64,000 nt of DNA from assembly GCF_009834535.1 (NCBI RefSeq), contig NC_045696.1:71052001-71116000 (forward strand), read 5' to 3'. The position numbers were made by a program, and so were the translations under genes. Origin of the DNA: Camelus ferus. Taxonomy: Eukaryota. The notes under the pieces are model-generated. The model did no database searches. It worked only from the letters and a program-made list of their open reading frames with translations, and had not been told where the DNA came from. Shown piece by piece: positions 1-51,800 of the stretch. Each line of letters begins with the position of its first letter. Position 1 is the first letter of the stretch.

Positions 1-27
1 TACAGGGGAGACTGGTTGTCCACGTTA

Positions 28-4206
<4,179 letters not shown>

Positions 4207-4416
4207 CTCCGCCGCCACTGCCGACCGGCTGCGCGCGCACCGGCTGCGCGCGCACCGCCCGCACCGCCCCGTTTCCCAGATGGCCTCGCGCGCGTCGCCC
4301 ACGGCGCCCCTCTTTCTCGAGAGCCCGCCTGCGACCGGAAACGCCGCGGAGACTCGCCCACCCCCGCGGCCTGGGACTCCCAGCCCTCGGATCCCGCCCT
4401 CCGAAGTCGTCTGAAA

Positions 4417-4431
4417 ACTACAATTCCCAGC
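4417..4431 (+). promoter_or_regulatory. ZNF143/THAP11-type (SBS/M4) promoter motif
   Basis: ACTACAATTCCCAGC, matching the ACTAYRNNNCCCR consensus, ~210 bp upstream of the PSMD2 ATG. Confidence 0.75.
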
Positions 4432-7202
4432 CTCCCGCGCGCCATAGGCGCCGCCCCGGCTCGGACCTGGAGTTTCCTGAACGCGGTCTGGGATTCAGGT
4501 GCGCCCGCGGCTGTAGATACTGAGCCGGCTGCGAGCCGAGACCGCCAGTAGGTTTCCACATAGCAGTGTGAATACTACCCACAGTGACACCCCAGTTGGC
4601 TGTGTGGTGGGACAAACGGACGAAATTCTTGAAATCCAGAACGCTTGATTGCCGTCTGTTTGAAGTCTATGTAATCTGTCTAGCCCCACACCACTGTGGA
4701 ATATTAACCTCATAACATTCCCCAGCCAGATGAGTGCTCTAATATTACCATGAGGATGTGGATACCACCTTAAATCCACGTGCGGAGCCAGTGGATCTAA
4801 TGCGAAGATCTGGAGTTAAAAATGGAACAAGATAAGGTTTTGTCCTCAGTCTGTCTTTTGTCTTCCTCTCCCCTTTATGACTTAGAAGAAATGTAACCGA
4901 CACTGTTTATGTCAGAACTGATTTTAAAGTGTATATATTGTTCACACAACCTTTTGAGTTTGGTAGGATTGTGTCCATTTTACAAAGGAAGTCGTATAGT
5001 AAGTAGTAAAATCAGGATATGAATCTTGACCTTTCAGTCTCTGAAGCTCTTGACTGTTTCAGACAAACCTCAAAGTTCTTCAGTTTGGGCTATGCGTATG
5101 TGTGTCCAGAAGGTGAGAAAACAGGAAGAAACTCTTCTCCCCTTCATATGATGAGAACACTCACCATTTGGCCTGGAGTCTTATTTAATGGGTTCTGAGG
5201 CAATAAAGAATGCAGAAAGTGTTGGGGGGGGGAATAAATCCTGGCATAGCACAGATAGCACTGAATGAATGTTGGCTAAATATTTATAGAGATATAGATG
5301 TAAAGGTCTGATGTCCATTTTAAAACGTGTTGCTCTTTTCCACTCTGTGCTTGGATTCCGAGGATGACCTTTCATTTCCATCACCAATAGAAATTGGGCG
5401 GTCCATACCTGTTCTGCCTATTCTGTCTCTGGCTTTGTCACACTTTCTTCAGTCATCTGTAGATGTATTTCTTCTAAATCTCTTTTTCCATGACTTCCTT
5501 CTGTCAGATCTCAGATTTTGTCTCAGTCATATCCCAACCAGTACCTTAGAAGAGATGAGGTGATGTGGCATAAAGCACAGGCTATTTACAGGCAGTGACT
5601 CCAGATGAAAAGTATCAAATATTTGTTGTACTATGTTTCAACTTTTTTGTAGGTTTAAAATGTTTCAAAATAGAAGTTGGGGTGGGTGGGAGAACATAAA
5701 CTTTAGAGAGGACAGATCTGGTGTTTAAAACCAAATTCTGCCCTTCACCAGCTGTGATACTTGGGCAAGCTTCCTAACCTCTCTCAGCTTGGTTTCTTCT
5801 GTGAACTGTGGGTAGTAAAGTATCTCCCTCCTAAGTTTTTATGACAATGAAAATAAGACAATGTATAATAAGTGCCAAGCTAGTTGCTTGGCAACTGGAG
5901 AGGAAGCAGTTGTCATTTTCCAGCTACCTCAAATCTGCAGGGCTGTCTGTCCCTTGCTTGCCACCTCCAAGCACTCAAGACCCAAGCCTCTCTGGCCAAA
6001 TGCAAATGTCTGGCAAGTATATTCAAGGCCTCACAATAACATTGATATCCTGCCTCAAGCTTCACTTCAGTCAAATTGCTCTCCCAGAAGCACTCCTTCC
6101 TACCATTTGGCCAAATCCCCAGCCTTGTAGTCAAATTGCTCTCCGATCAGGGGGTAGCCCATCACCTGTCCCTTCCTACCACCTTCCTTCAAATTGCATC
6201 CACAAACCAGCTGTGCTTCCCCCAAATTCATGGCCTGAGCTGTAGAGCTGCACATCTGCTGGATGGCTCTACTCATCTGAGACTCTTTCAACCCAAAACA
6301 TCACTTTTGTAACACCAGAAATGCTCCAGGCAGGATACAGCATTGCACTATTTCCACTGAGTTGCTACATTCTTTGTGTGATATTTTTCCAAATCAGATT
6401 GCACTGTGGCCCTTCATACTGCTAATTCCAGGAATGAAAGCAGATGTTACAATACCTTCTTTTTCATACCTACTGTTACAACTTCCCTTCTCCAGACTCT
6501 TACCTCTCCTTATGCCCCCTTTCATCTACCCACTTCTGATCAGCCTAAACATTTCACCATCTCTGAACATATCCTGCCCCTTCGAGCTGATAAACCTTTT
6601 CACATTGCTATTCCTTCTGTATGGAATACCCTTCCCTGTTTTCATCTAGCAAATTCTCCCATCCTCTGTACTCCAGCTCAGTACCACCTGTGCAGGAACC
6701 CTTTCCTCTTCTATCCTTCAAGTTACTCATTTCTTCCCTGTGCTTCTACCGTGCTTGGTACATACCTCTCCCTCCCACTTCTCTGAGCTCTTAGAGGACA
6801 GGTGCGTCTTACTCATCTTTGGGCCCCTAGCACCCAATCTAATGCTTGGCTTGTGGTAAGCCTTAACAGATATTTGTTGGATAAATGAATGAGTGAAAGG
6901 CTTTGCATTTATCTTCAGAACATCTTTGTGTGCAATGGCCCACTCAGGGCTCTCTTTGCAGCCCAGAGTTCAGCATTGGGAAACTGTCAGGTGTCTCCAT
7001 TTGTGAGTCATGATAGATCTACTGAAACTGTGCTTATCTTATGGGAAACTCTCTTCCAACTTGACATTTCCAGAGTACTTCCAAGTGTGAAACCATACTG
7101 TGTGGCACATGTTACCTTACTAATAACTGCTCTCATGTGTCCACCCAGGAGCACCATCTTTTATTCCCCTTTCTGCCCTAACACACTAAAGCATATCACA
7201 GA

Positions 7203-7337
7203 GAGAGTAGGATATAGCTCAAGTAGTAGAGTGCATGCTTAGCATGTATGAGGTTCTGGGTTCAATCCCCAGTACCTCCTCTAAGAATAAACAAGTAAAT
7301 AAATCTAATTACCTATCCCCACCAAAAAAAAAAAAAG
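7203..7337 (+). mobile_element. tRNA-derived SINE (camelid vic-1-like) with perfect 16-bp target-site duplication
   Basis: A-box-like TAGCTCAAGTAG, B-box GGTTCAATCCC, AT-rich body, poly(A) tail; TAAAGCATATCACAGA at 7187-7202 and 7338-7353. Confidence 0.92.
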
Positions 7338-9757
7338 TAAAGCATATCACAGATGCATACTTATCAGCATACTTATCAGCTTGGCAGGCCACTAAGGGTG
7401 AAGGTTATATCTGTCACCTGATGTTCACCTTACCTTGCCTCTGGAACCAAGCACCTGCAGAGTGCTCAACAAACAGTGCTACCTGGCTTAATTTCAGCTC
7501 AAAATGTGCTTAGGTTTTCTGCAGCTGCCTGGCTGCCACATGTACCTGGCCCAGGTGGCCCAGGTGACCCAGGTGAGCTGGGTGGCATAGAAATGCACCT
7601 GCTGGTGATGGCCTCACTTGGAAGCACAATGAAATTGCCCAGAAGACACATATATATGCTTAAGTCAAAACTCTGTCATGACTTAGAAGACTAAATGGTG
7701 GTGATTAAAAGCATCTGAGTTCCAAATTTGACTTTAATGTAATCTGTCTTAGCTGACACTGGAAGTTGTGTCATCTTTTTCCTTAGTTTCTTCAGTTGTA
7801 AAATAGATACAATGATAAGGCCCTCCTTACAAATTGTTACAGGAATTTAATGAGATGATGTTCTTAAAGTGCTTAAGCACAGGGTTGAGCAAAAAAGGGA
7901 CTTGGTAAATGAGGGTTGCTTATCATCATCAAAATCACCATCATCATCATCATTTGACACTTTGACCTTTTGCAAAAATGGGGTTTTAATGTCACAGTGG
8001 CCAGCTAGTCAGTATCCTAAGATGGCCTCTGAAGTCAGGTGTCAGGGGAAGGGCAAGACTTTATGATGCCAAGCCTCTCTCCTCTATCATTACACTGACA
8101 TTATAAAGCTCATTCTCTGGGCAACACTCAAACTTCACAAGCCATTTCTTAATATTTATTTGGGTTCCAGAACTTGCTTAGCCTTTGAAGTCACTTCTTA
8201 AATTAAAGTTGATCTCGTCCTCAGAGATCATCTCATCCAACGCACTTATTTTACAGACTGCTAAGGTTACTGAGATCTGAGGAGGGAATAAGCCGTGCCT
8301 GGTGTCACACAGTTAGGGGCTGGCAGAGTTGCAGCCAGAACCTTGTTTCCAGACGTGACTGCCCTCCTCTCTCCAATACATTTTGCTGTCCCTCCTAGAC
8401 TTGTGCTCTCAGAGCAGAGACTCAAGCCATGCTTCCCCTTGGTCTTGGAGTTCCCAAGGCCACTTTGCTCTGAGTAGCCAGCAATTTCCTTCCCTTGGTG
8501 AGCAGCCGCACTTCCAAGTAACTTGATAGAGACCCACATAGAGCTCTTTATGGGGACAGTCTGATGCTGGGGCAGGATTCAGACTGTGGGATATATGCTG
8601 GTACCATCACCCAGGGACCAGTGACCAGGGACCCCAGCAGCAATCACTTCCAGAGCTTCCCTCTTACCCTTCCAAACGAAATACAACCACTCCTACTTAC
8701 ACCTTGGGGAACACTGTTTTTAAGAGAATTGAGATTGAGATCTTTTCCACTGTTTTTCTCTGGTTCTCATTTTACAGATAAGGAAACTGAGGCATTAAGA
8801 GGTTAGGGAACAGGCTCAAGCTCTTACAGGTATCAGAGCTTCAATTTCAATCCAGGTCTCTGACTACAGAGAAGTGATTAGGGTGAGATCTGTAAAATGG
8901 AAACTGGAGCACTTATAAAATATGTTGCTGTGAGGGTCAGATGAGCTCACGAAGGTGAAAGTGCCAACAGAAGAAGGGTCACCAGAGGGAAGGAACCATC
9001 TTATTCATCTTGCATCACCAGTGCCTGGCACATTATTGGTAATCCATACACTTTAAAAAATCATCTATGAATGTATAAATAAATAAACGAATGAGTGACT
9101 AAAGAAATGAGCCGCCTAGCAGAGGTGCCTGGAACACAAGAGGTATTCACTAGATGCTCCTTCTCCCTCCCTCTTTCTGGAGGGCGGCAGCTGTACCTGG
9201 AATCTCTGTGCCTGGCACTTGGTAGGCCTCAATGAGCGTGTGTAGGTGGGAATGAGTGGGTCTCAGGAGCACTAGCCTTAGAGGACATGAAGAAACGCAT
9301 GTCCCCTCAGCCACAAGGAGAGGGTGGTGCTCTGAGCTCCAGAGAGTGAAGTGTTATCTTACCAGGTCTTCCCTCCACTGCAGGGTAAGGACCACCCATC
9401 TTCCAAGCCAACCCTGGCCAAGCAGTTACCCAGACTCAGTGTCAGGCCCAGCTGCACGCACCAGTGGAGGGCTGTGGTAAATGCTTCCAGCTGTAGGACA
9501 GCTGGCGATGGGGACATGGGCTACCAGTAAGCAGAGCATGTACTCCACCCAGGCAGACTCAACTTCATTCTATTCCTACATCCTGCCTCTCTTTCTGTCT
9601 TCTTGGGGCTTCAAATTTCAGACCCCAGTGTCTGGTAAGCGAGTAAGTGAGTGTCTAGAAGAGTACCTGGCATACAGTAGGTGCTCAGTAAATATTGGTA
9701 GAATGAGTAAATGAAAACAGGACCAAAGGAAGAGACAGGCTGACTGATGCATGTCTA

Positions 9758-9763
9758 TTTATT
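9758..9763 (-). terminator. Poly(A) signal AATAAA of ECE2
   Basis: TTTATT on +, ~780 nt downstream of the predicted ECE2 stop. Confidence 0.7.
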
Positions 9764-10544
9764 GGCACAGGGTCCTACAGGGCCAGGGTCACTCCCTCCC
9801 CACCCTGTTTCCTGTAAAAATAAACTCTATCCTTCCCTCTCCCTGCTCTATCTGCTTTTCTGCTTGGTCCAGGGAGAATCAGTCACCCCCCCCAAGACTT
9901 GTACCCCAGGACACAGGAACTAGCATCCCCTACACATGTACACTTCTCTGAGCCCAGGGGACCCGGGAGGCAGCAGGGAGGCTCATAAAGGCCCTCAGGC
10001 TTCCACTAAGAGCTGAGCACAGCTGGTCTATCAGCGAGGGATGGCAGCAGTATTAGGAGCAGCAGCACGAGGAACATGGGGTGGGGGCAGCCCCTGAGGG
10101 CAGGACTGAAAGGAGCTCAGTCTATTCTGGAGAGAGCACTGAATGAGCCTCGGGGCACACCAGCCAGGCCCTGCGTGGTCAGAGGGCGGCAGGCATAGCA
10201 GGCCCCATGGTCACCCAAGCCCAGTGAGCTTGGGACCAGAAGAGGTGGACTCCTTCCTGTGGGAGCCGGTGCCCCCCCACCCCATCCCAGCCTCCTCCAG
10301 GCAGGGTGACACGGAAGAATGTCACAGTGAATGGTGGGGGCTCTGCTGGAGGCAGGGGCACCCCCAAAACAGAGGCACGATGTGGTGGTCAAAAAGGGAC
10401 CAGGACTCATGTCATCTGTGGTATAGAGGGGCCAGACCCAGCCTAGCTGGCATTTGCCTTCTCCAAACCCCAGAGCAAACAGCCTTGCCGGGTGAGCTGC
10501 CCCAGGCCCTGGCAACAGCGGGCCATTNNNNNNNNNNNNNNNNN

Positions 10545-45482
<34,938 letters not shown>

Positions 45483-45546
45483 GATCCACCTTTTCCCCTC
45501 CGGTCCATTCTCAGGACCCTGGATGGGGATGGACTCTGCCCTTCCC

Positions 45547-45552
45547 AATAAA
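45547..45552 (+). terminator. Poly(A) signal of ALG3
   Basis: AATAAA 64 nt after the stop codon. Confidence 0.85.
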
Positions 45553-45637
45553 CCTTACAAAGTCCACTTCTGTACAGACCAAGCTGTGAGGGGCAGGCAC
45601 GTTGCAGATAAAGAACTCATACAGTTCTAAGAGGCAC

Positions 45638-45643
45638 TTTATT
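45638..45643 (-). terminator. Poly(A) signal of VWA5B2
   Basis: TTTATT on +, ~250 nt after the VWA5B2 stop. Confidence 0.8.
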
Positions 45644-45896
45644 GCATAGGATTGTGGGACTGTGGCTCTCTCCCCTTCCACTGCACTGCACAGAGCTCAG
45701 AAGGGACATGGGATGGGAGAAGCGGGAGAGAGCACAGGCAGGCACTTTCTGTGGGGGCAAGAGGATTCTGTGAAGGGGATGAGAAGCAGTGGGGGCAGGC
45801 TGTCACCAGCCTACCCCTCCCCAGCACCGAGAAGCTGGCCCTGGGTGGCAGTGACTTGAGTCTGGTGGGGGTGCTAACCCAAGCAACAGGCGACCC

Positions 45897-48800
45897 TCAC
45901 ATGTTTGCTGGGCTGTAGCACAGCAGGTGCAGCTGCAGGTTCTGGTCCCAGTGGCGTAGCAGCAGGAAGAGACCCCGGGCTGCAGCCTTGAGGTTGGCCA
46001 GGTCAAGGCCGTCAGGCAGGTGCTGTGCCCGCAGCCAACAGTCCGCCTTAGCTGCTGCCAGTTCCCATTCGCCAAAGGCAGCGGCACAGCGGTGCTCCAG
46101 CCAGGCAAGCGCCACAGCTGTGGCCCAAGTCCGGCCACGCAGGTCCACACCACCAGGCCCTTCGGCCCCTTCCGAGGCCTCGGTGTCTGAGCCCCGCCCA
46201 CTGTCTACCTGGCCTGGACCCTCGGAGCCTGAGCTGGGGGATGGGCTACAGGAGGCCGTGGCACTGTCGCCTTGGCCGACACCGTGTCCTAGAAGTGCCC
46301 AGGGAGAGGAGGCCGAAGTGGGGCTCAAGCTGGCGCGATGCGCTGCGAAGGGAGAGGCGCGGCACAGGCGCTCCCGTGAGATGCGCACCGCGGCGCAGAA
46401 GAGCGCGTCCAAGCGAAAGGACCCAGGCGCCTCCTGCAGCCGAACCTGAGGAGAGAGGAGGTGGGGGGAGAAACGAGCTGAGACAGTGCCCTGGCCCTGG
46501 CCACGCCACCCTCCACCTCCCGAGTCCTCACCAAGGGCAAGTAGTCGTGGGGGCTGCCTTCACTGTTGCTGTCATTGGCCTGGCTGCTGTTGGGGCTGCA
46601 GAGTCTATGGCTGCCTGGGCCTCTGGCCTTGCGACGCCCCAGGCTAAGCTGAGAGGGAGGCTGGGGGGACAGGTGATGAGGACTTCCGGGGGCCACTGCA
46701 GAGTCTCCCAAAGCAGAGTTGGAGTTGCCATTTTGATCCAGGTCCCAGCCACCTGCCAGAGAGCCTCCCTGAAGTTCTGCACTGGAACCATTCAGTGCCA
46801 GTGGTGGTCCCTAATCCCGGTTGCTCCCTACCATTTCCCCCAATTTGTGTTACCTTTAGAGTGGACAACTGTGGGCAGAGGAGCTGCATCTAGATGGCCC
46901 TGAGAGCCAGGAGAGGTGCCTGGGGGCTCGGCTGGCTCTGCGGGGACACACAAGACAGGGGTAAGATTTGTCTGGGGGGGTGGCCAGTGAGGTGAGAACT
47001 GGCACCCGGGAGGGACCATACCTGAGCTCCGCACCTGCAGGGCTGTGGGCAGGACTTCCCTGGTGGTGGCATCCACAGCTACAGGGCAGGTGAAGCAGGA
47101 GGGAGCAGAGCTGACCTTGCTTGTCTGAAGGGCTCGGAGCCAGGACCTCCGGGCATGGCCTATGAAACCAAAGAGCAGCATGCTGAACAGGAGGGGGTGC
47201 ACTCCCACCACTCAGTCTCTACTAAGGGCTTCACAGGAAAAAACCTTATAATGCTCCCATAGCTTCTCCCTCTCTGCACTTTTGAACAGAGTGGAGTTCC
47301 TTCTCAGGGCCAGCTCAGAGTCCCCAGCTTTGATGATAAGTGGTTAGGCTGAATGCTCAACTCCCTCGTAGCAGGGCTAGGTCCCCTGGATATCCACAAA
47401 TTCAACAAATTCAACACAACCCAGAGGAAGCATTGACTGGTACCTTTTCCATCCATTCATTTCAGCACTATCCAATAGACCTCTATCTGCAATGATGGAA
47501 ATGTTCTATATCTGCATAATCCAATATGGTAGCCACGTCACATGTGACTATTAAGTCACTTGAAGTGTGGTGAGTGCAACTGAAGAACTAACATTTTAAC
47601 TTTCATTTTTTAGAAGAATATTTTATTTTGCTTTTTTTCCTCTCGTTAACAAAGGCAGTGGGGATTGAACCCAGCACCTCGTGCATGTGGAGCATGCACT
47701 CTACCACTGATAAAACCTCAACCCCAAAACTTTACCTAATTTTAACAGTCTTCCTAAGTGACAGATTTTGTTTTGTGGGCCCTGTGAATCACTACAAGAT
47801 GACATTCCCTCTCTGTTTGCTGCTAGGAAGCTTGCCAATTTTGGGGTCCCATGCCTGCAAGGGCACATAACCTCATGGTGTGCATCTTTAATATAACCTC
47901 ATTCTCTGCTTCCTCTCATTTTTCCCTTTCTTGTCCCATTGTCTTGCTTAATCTTATTTTCCTTGTCAGTGTGGGTGAGCCACCTCAAATTATTAATGAG
48001 CAAGGTGAGATATAGGGAGTGATCACACAGACCCATGCCTCTGCCACTCTCTGCCCCATACAGGCTTCCTGATCCCTGACTGGGCCCACCAGCAACTCAC
48101 CCTGGTCAGTCATGGTCTCGCCCCCTCCTCGGAGAGCCAGCTGCTCATTGTCCCGGACCACAGAAGCTGCTGTCAGTCGATGGAGTGCTTGATCCCATGC
48201 ACTTTCTCTTTCAGGGGGTGATGGAAGCTGTGAGCCACCATCCACAGGCCCCCATAATGTCTCCAGCCCAACACCCACCTCCCAGCACATAGGCTGCTTC
48301 CCACACAGGCCCCGGATCACCACGTGGCAGCGTGGAGCCTGGGGAGGCAGTGGTACTGGGGGAGTGGCCAACTCCCCATTGTGAGGAACAGCTGTGAACA
48401 AGAACGGTGGTTCCATCAACATGTCCCAGTCCATGGGAGCCGGGGAGAGCAGGTTTCCTGGAGAGAGACAATGATAGGACCAGGGGCAGTGTGGTGCCCT
48501 GGTTACCACCTCCCCAAAGCCTCCTTGGTGTCAGAACCCAGCTAGCTCCCCATCCAACCTTTACCTGAGTCATCCAGGCCCTGTCCCAGCTGCTGCCCTG
48601 GCTCAGGGCCTGGCCCATCTGGTGCTACACCTAGAGATGGGTGTCGGGGATGGCCAGGGACTGGGTTGGCCCGGCCTGGGGGTGATGAGAGGCTTCGACC
48701 AGCCAGAGCTGCTCTGCATCGACGGCCCAGCACCTCAGCACTCAAGGCCCCAGTCTGCACGTAAAAAGTGGGGTTCACTGGTCCAGGAATACAGAGCTCC

Positions 48801-51800
48801 TGGCCATCAGACATACAGACACAAATGGTCACATTGCCCCTTTGTTTGAAGCTCCGAATGGCTGTTCATCACCCTTACGTTTCTCATGGCCCCTGGCCCC
48901 CTTCCCAGTGCCGTGTCACTCCATGCCCTATTTCTCACTTAAGGTTGTTGCTTGTCCTATTTTCATTCATGTCTTCTCCCTTTTTACCTGGCTAACTTCT
49001 TATTCTTCAAGAGGTGGCTCTTTACTTCCTGACTCTCTCAGACAGGGTTAGTCACCTTGATTCTGAATCCTAGTAATGCCATGTCCTGGGCTCATCAGTA
49101 TATTGTACTGTATCATATAGATTTACCCATCTAGTTCTTCAGCTAGACTTACTAGTAACCACTGCATAATGTATGGCATACAGCAGATGGTCAATAAACA
49201 TTTGCTGGATACATGGGAGATGGATGTGGATTGAATCTCACCTTGACTGGAGCCAGTGGGGGTGGAGGCAAGGGGCAGGAATGGGAGCCTGCAGGTTCTC
49301 CCCAGGCCAGGCTGCGGCAGCCCTGCTGAGAAGGGGGATCCAGGGGAGCACTGCCTTCTGGGGAGCCAGGGCCCTGGGAGACTGGGGACTCGCTGCTGCC
49401 TGTGGAGCCTGGGCCTGGCTCTGGGCTGGCAGAGCAGTGGGTGAGCACATACTGCTCCCGGATGTATGAGGACTGGAAGATGCGGCGCCATATGGCTGTT
49501 TCAGAGGAGGGGTTAGGTCCAGGGTCCGTAACTGGGTCTGTCAGAGCATCAGTACCTATTGCGAGGCAGGAGAATAGATCCTGGCTCTTGCCTCTCTCCC
49601 AGTGCCCACTCCTCCCCAACGCACATACACCCGGGCACTCACTCTGCTCTGAGTCCCCAGCAGCCCACAGGCTGGACAGCTCTGCTGACACAGTGCCTGT
49701 TCCCAGTGGCTCTGAGGTGCCAGTGGGCTCAGTTCCAGGGCTGGTGGCAGATGGTGCTTCTTCTGGGGATGGGAACACGGAACCGCCCAAGCTCTGCCAG
49801 CCAGGCTCTTGGCCCTGGAGAGGCATAGACATTGGGGGGAAAAAACTGACTATAGTTACATACTACCTCTTTCCAAACAGGATTTATGATGGCTCACTGC
49901 AAGAGGCAATAAAGTTAATAAACCAGAAATGAAAGCCCAATACTGAAGGAGAAGGATGCATACGTGCTGACCATAGGGTTACTAGAGCTGCTGTGGCTGA
50001 GCTACAGGTTTTGGCGAAAACCTTGCAGCAAATGCTGGCACTTTTCTGTATGGCTGTTGCTTTAGTGCCCAAGGGTAGCACATGACAGCTCAGTGGAAGA
50101 CCTTATGATGGGGGCAGTCTGCAGTCACCTGGGGTTAGGGCAGTGTGGTCTCTGGGGAGGCTTTGTGGGTAGTAGTAGGAGAGTCTGGCAGAGAGAGGCA
50201 CAGGGAATAGGAAATGGGTTTTGAAGAGATACAGGGGCTTCAGCCATCCCAGCCCTGGCCTACCCCAGGGGGGCGGGACCGGAAGCCATCCACCCTGAAG
50301 AGTGAGCAGTAACCGAGCAGCTGGTCCCCAGGGTAGAGTGCTGGGATCTCCCGAGGCGTCAGCAGTGCCTCCACCGTATCAGGAACAAACCAGTCTACAG
50401 AGACGTCGCTCAATGCGGGCTCCAGTGCCTTCCGCAGAGCCTGCACCAGCTGTGGGGTGTGACCAGAGGGAGGTCATGGGAGAGAAAGAGGCGTCACACA
50501 GTCAACAGAGCCATCTGCTGAACCTCTGGCTGAAGGGAGCAGGTGAGGCGGGGGCCTGGGGTGTGAACAAGCGAGGGGACTGAGCACTCAGTCCTCAGGG
50601 CTTGGTGCATCTCCTGGCCTAAGCCATGCCGTGTAGACGAGGCAAGGCTTTTCAAGGACATGGCTCAGTACCGAGACAAAACTGAGAACAAGATTTTTGA
50701 AGGAGTCAGAGGCCGTGGCCCCCACACCCTTGGCCTCCTGCAGCACCCCACAGCAGCACAGTGGGTTCTCCCCTGATTGGCCTCTCTAAGAAGAGGCGGG
50801 ATTAGAGTGGAGGAGGAGTCCTGGTCAGGGTGCCAGGAGACCCCACAAACTGACCAGGTTCTGTTTCAGACTGAGTGCAACTTGGGAGGAGGACTTGAGT
50901 AATAGGGCACAACAGGACCCAGGTTCAAGCTCACCTTGGGCTGAAGCCTTTCCCCAGGCCTCAGGAAGTAGGCCTGGCCCCGGCTAAGAGCAGACAGGCC
51001 CTGGAGCAGCTGGCGGCAGGCAGGCCCCAGCCCAAAGGAGAAGCACCTGACGAGAGAAGGGGAGCAGCTGTGACCACCAGGAGCCTCTTTGGGGAGCAAT
51101 CTCAGGAGCCTGGCTGTGCCCACCCCCTCCTTACCTGGCTGCCCCCCTGTGCCACCTCACGAGCTCCAGGGTTTGGTGGGTAACGGTGGCCAGGGGTGAA
51201 GCAGCGGTGAGCAGGAAGAGCTGCCGAGGGTGGGCCCTGTGCTGGGGCTGCCCCAGGGCCCAGTCCAGCACAGCCAGCACATCTGGAGGGCCGACCACAG
51301 CCTGCAGGGCCTCAATGCTCTCACAGATGAGCTGCACGGCATCCTGGAGGAAGAAAGCACAGGCTGGGCCACGCTGAGCTGAAACATCTCTGCTAGGCCC
51401 CCAGATCCCTGGGCCACACTCACATCACTGCAAGGCCGGCTCTCTGGGAAGAGGGGCTGCACTGACGTGCCAAACATGGCCAGGTTGATGAGTGTCTGGG
51501 GAGGGAGCGACTTCACAGCCAAAATGATGGCATCCTGGGGAGGGCCAGGAAGGGCAGGGTGAGGCAGGCCCCACTGGCACCAGGAGAGAACACGGGACCC
51601 AGATTGCCTGCCTTCTCCAGGCTGTGTGTAAATTGAGGGGCCGGATGAGGTAATCTGGGAGGAAGCCCCGTGTGTGTGAGTCTGTGTGTGAAAAATCTCT
51701 ATGAGTGAGACCCTGGGGTGTGAGGGAGACTCCGAGTTCCTGTGAGAGATATTTGTGTATGTGACCCTGGAGGTGCTTGTGAATCCCTGGGTTTGGGGTT

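Noticed and set aside
4207-4302. 32-codon in-frame N-terminal extension of PSMD2
   Set aside because: Starts at GTG in GC-rich leader sequence; the conserved protein starts at MEEG (4206).
7203-7280. tRNA-like sequence (also at ~47650, ~60340, ~62010)
   Set aside because: A/B boxes belong to SINE heads with AT-rich tails and TSDs; no intact cloverleaf.
7355-7378. 12-bp tandem duplication (GCATACTTATCA)2 beside the SINE TSD
   Set aside because: Simple micro-duplication with no functional signal.
46777-47021. Two more short VWA5B2 introns (77 and 84 nt) next to MIR1224 as possible mirtrons
   Set aside because: No end-to-end arm complementarity; only a 6-bp local stem.
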